32,000 bases of DNA. Origin: an uncultured bacterium (GTDB lineage Bacteria; Auribacterota; JACPWU01). Shown piece after piece: positions 25,256 to 32,000 of this stretch (the first letter of the stretch is position 1; each line of letters opens with the position of its first letter). The stretch is taken from assembly GCA_964640155.1 (NCBI GenBank), contig CAZXEQ010000001.1:396403-428402 (forward strand). The letters are read 5' to 3'. Below the pieces are notes generated by a model. It worked only from the letters and a program-made list of their open reading frames with translations. It searched no databases and was not told where the DNA came from. The position numbers and the translations under genes are program-made.

Positions 25256-28200
25256 CTAAGCAGCAGACATCATCAGAGGATGAGGCCGACTTGGATAAAC
25301 TCGAACAGAAGATTCTCTAACAAAACTAGTTGGTCTAAAAATATAGTGATCTCCTTGCGAATAAATTAAGACTCTTAAAATTTCATCGGGAATTTCCTGA
25401 GCGAGAAGGGAATATTCCGCAGAACTTAAAATAATTTCTAAATTATCCGTTTTAGCCTGATCTAATTTCATCGTTAAAAATCTTGCAACCAATGAATCCT
25501 TTACACGTTGAAATTTAGGTATGGCTATTTTATAGTTAAAGAAAATTCCCCAAAGTTCATTTAAAACGTCTATTTTATCTTTTCTTCCCGTCTCAATTTC
25601 TAACCATAGATTTAATGCCTGAGCAGGAGCCATATAAAAAAAATCTCTGAAAGTAATAATCTGCTCTTTGTCTGAAAACAAAGCGCGATTCAAATCAATT
25701 TGACCCTGCCCATACGTTTTAATAAAAAACCATATATTATCTCTGACTGTAGGTGACGCATAGGCAAAACCATATCTTCTTGCAAAAGCTCTCTCTAGTT
25801 CAGGATAAACATCTTTTCCACTTGCATCCTTTACATCCACCCCATTCGGATTTTTATTCGAATAAAGCCAAAGACGTTTCAATTGTTCTTCTAAATCTAA
25901 AGATTCAAAAAATAATCTATCGTTCTCAATAGCCTTTGTCTCCGATTCTTCTACAGTTTGACTCAAAACATCCAAAGCATGATCAATTTCATGACGCAAA
26001 ACATCTTGAAAAAGAACTTGATCTAAAAAAGCCAATGGTGAAATTTCTATAGTATTTTGAGAAGTCTGGGGTAAAAATTGAATACGTCCTAGAGTATCAA
26101 CTTGAATTGTGATTTTAATTTCTATCCCTTTAGGAGGAGGTTGAGACCAAAAATTCTGACGTTTAAACAAACCTCGTTTCCCTATTAAACTTTTCCGAAT
26201 AAATCTTTTCAAGAATCGAACCTGACTTTTTGAAAGGCTTTCAACTGCTCGAGAGTCTATTTGAATTTTATACCCTCCTCCAGTTACCCTGACTTCAATA
26301 TCCCCTTGCAAAAGGTTTTTTACAAGATCCAGAACTTTAGAAGAATAATAACCCTCCAAACGCTGGACATAACTCTCTATGGCCATGGGATGTTCAATAT
26401 GAACCTTATGGCGAAGAGAAAGAGAAGTCAGCATATGTATTATAGGTAAACCAACTTTTGCTTCTTCTTCTCGTCTTGCTCGAATAATATTTCCCTGACG
26501 CCAAGCATTTTCTAATTGTTCGAAGGCAGCTGAATCAATCTTAGATAATACCAGGCAAGCTGTTCGAATCCAGCCTAGATGTTGATCCAGAGGACGATTG
26601 ATAACATCTCGTATAGAGCTTGTTTCTTTTGATCCGATAGCAATCAAATATCCTTCCAAAATTTGAAAGAGAAATGGAGCGACAAAGCGTGGGATCCCAG
26701 TTGACCGAGTTTGTTTGATTTTCTCAAAAAGTACGCGCAAAATCTGACTTCGAATATTAACAGAAGCCGCCATCAATATAGCAAGAGCCGCACCATCTAT
26801 TTTTTCAGTAGGATCTTCAAGATCGAAAACCACTTCTAAATCTTTATTATTCAGAACAACATGCTCTAAAAGTCTTTGTGTTTGCCAAAGCCAATTTGTA
26901 AAAACTTTCCCTGCATCTGTTTTGAATAGACTATCCTCTCCAAATATAGATGTTAAGAAAGGGTTTTCATGAATTTTTATACGCCAAGTCGAAAAAAACC
27001 GCTCATCAAAAATACGATTCAGTAAAACTGTATACTCTCTAAAACCTAAATCAAGAAACCATCCAGGATGAAAACCTGCCAAACGTGCATCATCACAGAT
27101 CAAACTCCACACAAAAGGAAGCATCTCTTTTGGAATAGTAAAAATCCGTTCGATCAATTCATCTACTTCTAAGTCTAGTTTGTTTTCTTCATCTGCCTTT
27201 CTCTTCAACCTGTTCCTCTTAGCTTCCAATAATAGTTCTCTTAAAGAGTTTTCAGCTGCTGAAGAAACTTTTAGAGCCTCAGAAAAAATAAGCTTATCTA
27301 CATTTCCAGAATCGACCCCATTTTGATTTTTAGAAGAAAAGTCGTCCAAGAGTACGCCCTTTTCTTCATCGCTAAGATGGGTAAAGTATTCTCGATTACG
27401 CTCTATCACCTTTCGTCTATTACTTTCTTGTTGGCCATTCGTTCCACATGCATAATCAAATCCCTCACGAAGAGCATATTTTAAAAGAACTTTATCTAAA
27501 AAGGCAATGGGATGAACTTCTACTCGATAAGCGCTCTGCCGAGGAGAAAAACTTCCAAGTGTATCTGAACCAGCAATTCGAATTTGAAAAACAGCAGCAG
27601 GGGGGAAAGCTATTCCTGGCTTTGAACGTGACAATTCAGATAAAGCTTCAATCATCATTCCTCTTAAAAAATCTATTTCTTCATTTTCTAAACCATTCAT
27701 CTCGATTGCACTCATGAGACCCGCCCCTGGATGAACAACCAATTGAAAATCGCATGAAATATTACCTTCCATCATTTTGCGAATTAATTTAACTCGTTTT
27801 CTACCGTAGGCTAATTGGAGTTCTTCCCAATGAATCAATGAAGAATTTACTTTTACTTCATGAGCCCTAATGGCGGAAACATTCACACCAGCAATATAAA
27901 TCCTTTTCATTAATTCATCATCAGCGCCAAATGAAACAGTGGGTGGTTTCTTTACATTTCGTATAAGTTGAAACCGATATAAAAATCCATACACTTCTAC
28001 TTCAAGGCTTACTTCTTCCCCTAATGGGGTGTTCTCCCACTTTGCATGGGTAATTTCTTCACATAATTTTTGCAACACATGTACTGTCAAAACCAAATCT
28101 TTATATTTGTGTTCTAATTTTGGAATCAAAGCCTCTAAAGCAGCGGGAGCAGCTCCTTCTCGTAAACCATCTATTAATCCATTCGGGAAAGTACTCATGA

Positions 28201-29782
28201 CATCCAAATGATGAACATTTCTTTCTAAGAAAAAATCCAAAGATGTTCTCTTTGCAAGCAATAAATCAATATAGTTACTGCTATTAATATTTTTTGTTGT
28301 AGGGGTCAAAACAACATATGAAATCCCCTTTTTTTGAAAAAGTTGTTTCAATCCATCAATGTGAAAACCTCCAACAATGAGAGCGCATGCTTTTGCATCT
28401 CTTTTTTGTAATTCTTTGAAGGTATTGTCAAAAAGAATCTGATCTCGTTTGGTTGTTTCTTGATAAAAAGATTCACAAGATAAAAACATCTTTCTAAAAG
28501 AATGCCCTTCTAATCGAATGCCATGAGCATCCAAAAAATTCTTAATTCGCTCTTCCATTTTTCTGAAATTCTCTATTTCACTTCGATATTTTTGCCATTC
28601 TCTTTTGGTCAGTTGAAGCTCAGAAAGATTTTGAAGAAGTCTCAAATCATCTGCTAATTTCAAATATTCTCTTGCGTCAGCCGAAGAGCCCATTCTTGAT
28701 TTTAACTCTTCTAAGACGGATTGTATGTTTTGCCATAACTCAGTCTGATTGATTTTGTTTTTGTGATGAATGAACTCACGATATTTTTGAAGCCGCGGGA
28801 AATCTTGAAGAGTAACACCACCCTTTAAAGTTAAACTTTCCAAATAAGAGAAAAATTCTTCTGCTCTTATCTTGCCCAATCGAAAAGCCAATGACTTTTC
28901 TATCATGAGGGCTAAATCCTCTCTTGATAATTTTTCTGTGAGGTGTTTGACCAAAGCTTGTTCCTCTTGATGAACTTTTTCCTGATCTAAAGTTTGTGCT
29001 AATTCTAAAGTCTGAAGAAAACATAAAAATGAAATGTAACTATCCAAAGTCATATTTTCTTGGATAGCTTCTTCTTTCAAAAGCTTGGTATAGTCCTCAA
29101 AAGAAAGATTTCCCTCTCGATATTTTTTATCTTCATCGAGCAAGTGGATTAACTTTTTAGAAAGAATTTTGGATTTTAAATTCTCTAATATATTTTCATA
29201 AGACTGAAGTTCATGGAGTATTTTTGACTTTTGGTTGTGGGATTCTTGAAATAGTTTTAAGCTTTTGAAATAGGCATCTGGATCTTCCACACCGATTAAT
29301 GGAAGAATCTGCTTTTGACAGGAAGAAAAAAATTCGCTTCCTTTAATGAGTGATTTTTTTAAAAGATATGAGGCAATCACTTCTTTTTGTTCTGCATTTC
29401 TAATTGATTTTAAAAGACTTAGATTAATCTCTCCCTGGGCTCCTTCTACTGCAATAAATCCCAAAGAAATATTTTGTTTTATTAAAAACTTTAAGAGTTC
29501 TACTTCATTTCTCTGAGCATCAATAACACAATGCGGATCTTGAATCATAATTACGAGCTGATCTGCATCACCTTTAAAACGTTCCTCAACGTGACCTAAG
29601 CGAGATGGGACCGTGAGCTCAAGAGTTTTATTTATTTTGTTAAGGGTAACGGGATAAGTTTGAAAAGAAATAGAAGAAAGAAGAGAAAAATCAGGTTGGG
29701 ATCCCAAAACACAGAAATGACCCTGTATAAAAAGAAGTGCAAGAAATAAGGAAAGTGTTTTTCTAAAAAATCTGCAGGCCAT
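25256..29782 (-). CDS. Large secreted/anchored protein (about 1508 aa), paralog of the giant protein N-terminus, with two internal zincin-like repeats (one has HExxH)
   Basis: The track ORF starts at a TTG at 29791. The first ATG is at 29782 (MACRFFRKTLSLFLALLFIQG, signal-like). The N-terminal 500 aa are colinear with the giant ORF N-terminus. The internal repeat pair is EVHPIAFLDKVLLKYALREGFDYACG...NQNGVD and EISPLAFLDQVLFQDVLRHEIDHALD...NPNGVD. Confidence 0.8.
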   Translation of the reverse strand: MACRFFRKTLSLFLALLFIQGHFCVLGSQPDFSLLSSISFQTYPVTLNKINKTLELTVPSRLGHVEERFKGDADQLVIMIQDPHCVIDAQRNEVELLKFLIKQNISLGFIAVEGAQGEINLSLLKSIRNAEQKEVIASYLLKKSLIKGSEFFSSCQKQILPLIGVEDPDAYFKSLKLFQESHNQKSKILHELQSYENILENLKSKILSKKLIHLLDEDKKYREGNLSFEDYTKLLKEEAIQENMTLDSYISFLCFLQTLELAQTLDQEKVHQEEQALVKHLTEKLSREDLALMIEKSLAFRLGKIRAEEFFSYLESLTLKGGVTLQDFPRLQKYREFIHHKNKINQTELWQNIQSVLEELKSRMGSSADAREYLKLADDLRLLQNLSELQLTKREWQKYRSEIENFRKMEERIKNFLDAHGIRLEGHSFRKMFLSCESFYQETTKRDQILFDNTFKELQKRDAKACALIVGGFHIDGLKQLFQKKGISYVVLTPTTKNINSSNYIDLLLAKRTSLDFFLERNVHHLDVMSTFPNGLIDGLREGAAPAALEALIPKLEHKYKDLVLTVHVLQKLCEEITHAKWENTPLGEEVSLEVEVYGFLYRFQLIRNVKKPPTVSFGADDELMKRIYIAGVNVSAIRAHEVKVNSSLIHWEELQLAYGRKRVKLIRKMMEGNISCDFQLVVHPGAGLMSAIEMNGLENEEIDFLRGMMIEALSELSRSKPGIAFPPAAVFQIRIAGSDTLGSFSPRQSAYRVEVHPIAFLDKVLLKYALREGFDYACGTNGQQESNRRKVIERNREYFTHLSDEEKGVLLDDFSSKNQNGVDSGNVDKLIFSEALKVSSAAENSLRELLLEAKRNRLKRKADEENKLDLEVDELIERIFTIPKEMLPFVWSLICDDARLAGFHPGWFLDLGFREYTVLLNRIFDERFFSTWRIKIHENPFLTSIFGEDSLFKTDAGKVFTNWLWQTQRLLEHVVLNNKDLEVVFDLEDPTEKIDGAALAILMAASVNIRSQILRVLFEKIKQTRSTGIPRFVAPFLFQILEGYLIAIGSKETSSIRDVINRPLDQHLGWIRTACLVLSKIDSAAFEQLENAWRQGNIIRARREEEAKVGLPIIHMLTSLSLRHKVHIEHPMAIESYVQRLEGYYSSKVLDLVKNLLQGDIEVRVTGGGYKIQIDSRAVESLSKSQVRFLKRFIRKSLIGKRGLFKRQNFWSQPPPKGIEIKITIQVDTLGRIQFLPQTSQNTIEISPLAFLDQVLFQDVLRHEIDHALDVLSQTVEESETKAIENDRLFFESLDLEEQLKRLWLYSNKNPNGVDVKDASGKDVYPELERAFARRYGFAYASPTVRDNIWFFIKTYGQGQIDLNRALFSDKEQIITFRDFFYMAPAQALNLWLEIETGRKDKIDVLNELWGIFFNYKIAIPKFQRVKDSLVARFLTMKLDQAKTDNLEIILSSAEYSLLAQEIPDEILRVLIYSQGDHYIFRPTSFVRESSVRVYPSRPHPLMMSAA
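25830..26140 (-). other. Zincin-like module with intact HEIDH motif in the 1511-aa protein
   Basis: LRHEIDHAL is encoded at about 25976-26002. The degenerate sister copy (REGFDY) lies at about 27446-27475. Confidence 0.45.
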
Positions 29783-29858
29783 GTTTCTCAAGATTAAAGA
29801 GTTGACAGGGATCCCCCCCCTCTTACCACGTCACCTTAGCCCTAGAAATTATTTATTT

Positions 29859-29886
29859 ATTTTAACATCAAAAAAATGAATGTCAA
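29859..29886 (-). promoter_or_regulatory. Candidate promoter for the 1511-aa gene / GT-C operon
   Basis: The minus strand has TTGACA (plus 29881-29886), a 16-nt spacer, then TAAAAT (plus 29859-29864). Confidence 0.45.
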
Positions 29887-29947
29887 AAGTATCTATTTTT
29901 TGTACATGTTAGTACATTTTATTCTTAAAAAAACTATTCTCAAATTC

Positions 29948-29976
29948 TTGCATTTCTTACGAAATGGAGTTAAATT
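29948..29976 (+). promoter_or_regulatory. Candidate promoter for the Lon-N-domain gene
   Basis: TTGCAT, a 17-nt spacer, then TAAATT. An AAGAGGGGA SD precedes the ATG at 30011. Confidence 0.4.
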
Positions 29977-30010
29977 ATAAATAGAAGCTTTTGCTTAAGA
30001 GGGGAAAAGT

Positions 30011-30664
30011 ATGAAAGCTCAAACGGTTCATCCTATTAAAGTAGAAATTGGAGAAGAAGTCCCTGTATTTCCTCTTCCTAATTCTGTTCTTTTCCCTTAT
30101 GCCGAACTCCCCTTGTACATTTTTGAACCACGTTATAAACAAATGCTTGAAGACTGTATCCAGGGAAATTCTCTTTTGGCCATTGCCCTTCTGAAAAAAG
30201 GTTGGGAACAACATCAAGAGCCCTTGCCCTGTTATGACACGGTTGGCGTAGGATACGTGAAATTTTCAGTTCAAGATCAAGAGGGCAATTTTAATATGAT
30301 TCTGAAAGGGATTGGCCCTGCCAAAATTGTAGAATATGTACAATGGGAACCCTATCGTATTGCCAAAGTAAGTCCCCTCACAAGTAAACAGGAAGAATCT
30401 CAAAACATTTTGTCACAAATGAGAAAACTATCAAAACTCTTTTCTGAAAAAGCATTTCGCACAAAGAGAATGACGGAAGAGGAAATTCACGCGATTGAAA
30501 AAATGACGGATCCTGAAGAGCTTTTTGGTTTAGCTGCTCACACAGCCCATATTGACTTCTACACTAAGCAAAGTCTTTTAGAGACAGTCAATACAAGCGA
30601 AAAATTTGATCGATTGATCAAAATACTTGAAGATGAATTGTTGAAACTCAAAGCAAAATCTTAA
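30011..30664 (+). CDS. LON substrate-binding (Lon N-terminal) domain protein
   Basis: The opening VPVFPLPNSVLFPYAELPLYIFEPRYKQML is the classic start of the Lon N-terminal domain. At 217 aa it has no AAA+ or protease part. Confidence 0.8.
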   Translation: MKAQTVHPIKVEIGEEVPVFPLPNSVLFPYAELPLYIFEPRYKQMLEDCIQGNSLLAIALLKKGWEQHQEPLPCYDTVGVGYVKFSVQDQEGNFNMILKGIGPAKIVEYVQWEPYRIAKVSPLTSKQEESQNILSQMRKLSKLFSEKAFRTKRMTEEEIHAIEKMTDPEELFGLAAHTAHIDFYTKQSLLETVNTSEKFDRLIKILEDELLKLKAKS

Positions 30665-30682
30665 TTCATTTTTTCTTCTATA

Positions 30683-31732
30683 TTAAAAAATAAGATTATA
30701 AATCCATCCCAAAATTAAAATCTGTGGAACACAAATTAAAAGCATCCACAAAGCTGTTCGTTTTCCAAGATTGGACCAAACCAAACCAATCTCTGTGTAA
30801 TCTGTAGCAACTCCTGCCATCAAAAAAACAAAACTATTTCCTAAAGCTCCTGTTTGTCGATAAATTTCAAACGCCAAGGGAGCAGATCCTTCCGAGCATA
30901 TTTCTATAAGAGTTGCACAAGTTAAGGTGATAAAAAGACCTATAAAATCAGGCCCTAAAAATCGATGAAAAATCCCGGGAGGAACATAAGCTGAAGTTGC
31001 GCTTGCAATCACAAATCCTAAAACCATCCACCACAATACCATTTGAGAGAGTTCCCATATCCCCTTCACAACACCTCGAGCATCTTGAATCAATCCAGGC
31101 CAACTAAAACAATATTCTTCCCATCTTCTAGAAATATCTTTTCTAATAGAAAAATCTTCATTCACAGAAACGCTATGAATATTTTTTTCAATCTTTCCTT
31201 TGGTTTCTAACTTTTGAAAAATAAAACCTGTCGTTAAGGCAATCAGAAAAGCCGAAACAACAATAAGAAATCCTTTGATACCAAAAAAAGCAAATAGCAA
31301 AAAAGTAATCGGAATATTTGCCCATGGACTTGCAAGTAAAAAACTAACCACAGACGGACCACTTGCCCCTTTTTTATGTAGCTGCATTCCTAAAGCCAGA
31401 ATACCATGGCTACAAGCACTCATTAAAAATCCTAAACCAACAGAATAAAAAATAGTTCGCTTATGTTTTTGCGCTAATAATTTTGAGATATATGTTTTAG
31501 GGATGTAATAATCAATCATTCCTCCCAAAACAAGACCTATCGCCATTGCCCACCAAATCATTTTTATATAATGTCCAAAGGCGTTATTAAATGGTTTCAA
31601 AATGGGAATAAAAAGCCCTAAAAATAAAACAAATAAAAGGCTGGCTGTAATCAACAGTAGCTTGTCTTTATACCAATGCCATTTTTTTTGAGAAGATTCA
31701 CAACAAGAATGCTCGTGAGAAATATTTTCCAT
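30683..31732 (-). CDS. Permease of the ArsP_1/UPF0718 (SO_0444-like putative metal transporter) family
   Basis: His/Cys-rich N-terminus (HEHSCCESS), polytopic, with the MSACSHGILALG...GPSVVSFLLASPWAN signature typical of this permease family. The start lies 1 nt after the upstream gene's stop. Confidence 0.65.
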   Translation of the reverse strand: MENISHEHSCCESSQKKWHWYKDKLLLITASLLFVLFLGLFIPILKPFNNAFGHYIKMIWWAMAIGLVLGGMIDYYIPKTYISKLLAQKHKRTIFYSVGLGFLMSACSHGILALGMQLHKKGASGPSVVSFLLASPWANIPITFLLFAFFGIKGFLIVVSAFLIALTTGFIFQKLETKGKIEKNIHSVSVNEDFSIRKDISRRWEEYCFSWPGLIQDARGVVKGIWELSQMVLWWMVLGFVIASATSAYVPPGIFHRFLGPDFIGLFITLTCATLIEICSEGSAPLAFEIYRQTGALGNSFVFLMAGVATDYTEIGLVWSNLGKRTALWMLLICVPQILILGWIYNLIF

Positions 31733-31733
31733 T

Positions 31734-32000
31734 TTATATACGCCTATTTAAAAAAAGACCTACCAAAACACAAAGAAAAAGAGTGACGCCAAAAGTACAT
31801 ACAATCGCAGCACCCGTAGGAAGATCTAAATAATAAGAAGCTGTAATTCCAGCGATACTGGTCAAAACCCCCAAAATCCATCCAAAAGTTAAGCGACGAC
31901 CCACCCCATGAAAAAGCCATGCAGCACAGACAGAAGGAACCACAAGAAAAGCAAAAACAAGTAAAATACCACCTATTTCAACTGAGCTTGTCACCACAAA
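31734..32000 (-). CDS. Metal ABC transporter permease (ABC-3, ZnuB/MntB-like), C-terminal part; 5' end beyond the window
   Basis: The C-terminal TM helices end in YYLDLPTGAAIVCTFGVTLFLCVLVGLF, typical of the family. The frame stays open to position 32000. Confidence 0.65.
   Translation of the reverse strand, partial: FVVTSSVEIGGILLVFAFLVVPSVCAAWLFHGVGRRLTFGWILGVLTSIAGITASYYLDLPTGAAIVCTFGVTLFLCVLVGLFLNRRI

Noticed and set aside
24226-30217. Small ORFs inside or opposite the GT-C, 1511-aa and Lon-N genes (24226..24468, 24593..24841, 24740..24961 minus, 26261..26449, 27448..27717, 28029..28211, 28776..29024 minus, 29975..30217 minus)
   Set aside because: They are off-frame or antisense to the long supported ORFs, with low-complexity translations.

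Overview
AT-rich chromosomal segment from a diderm-type bacterium, as shown by the TonB and TonB-dependent receptor genes. The main result is that the left half, 1..15799 on the minus strand, reads as one uninterrupted frame. It starts at the ATG at 15799 and runs off the left edge, giving more than 5,266 codons. The supplied ORF track misses it because it has no stop inside the window, and every short ORF listed there is in another frame or antisense. By-eye translation shows a modular giant membrane protein with these parts:
- a signal/anchor
- an N-terminal domain shared with the 1511-aa protein at 25256..29791
- five copies of an HE-x-x-E...HPND module
- three protein-kinase-like domains plus one SelO-like domain
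- three CPBP/Abi-like intramembrane protease cores
- a uridine-kinase-like P-loop domain

The right half carries:
- an Lrp/AsnC regulator and an aminotransferase
- a cobalamin-riboswitch-controlled operon (small membrane protein, BtuB-like receptor, TonB)
- a secreted proline-rich protein with perfect 87-bp in-frame tandem repeats
- a GT-C (STT3/AglB-like) glycosyltransferase that looks co-transcribed with the 1511-aa paralog
- a Lon N-terminal domain protein
- a metal-related permease pair

I saw no rRNA, tRNA, CRISPR array, transposase or integrase. All translations and motif matches were done by eye from memory of family signatures. Sub-domain coordinates are approximate (about +/-30 nt). 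No database search was run. The gene size and composition recall the giant genes reported in uncultivated lineages such as Omnitrophota, but that attribution is speculation.
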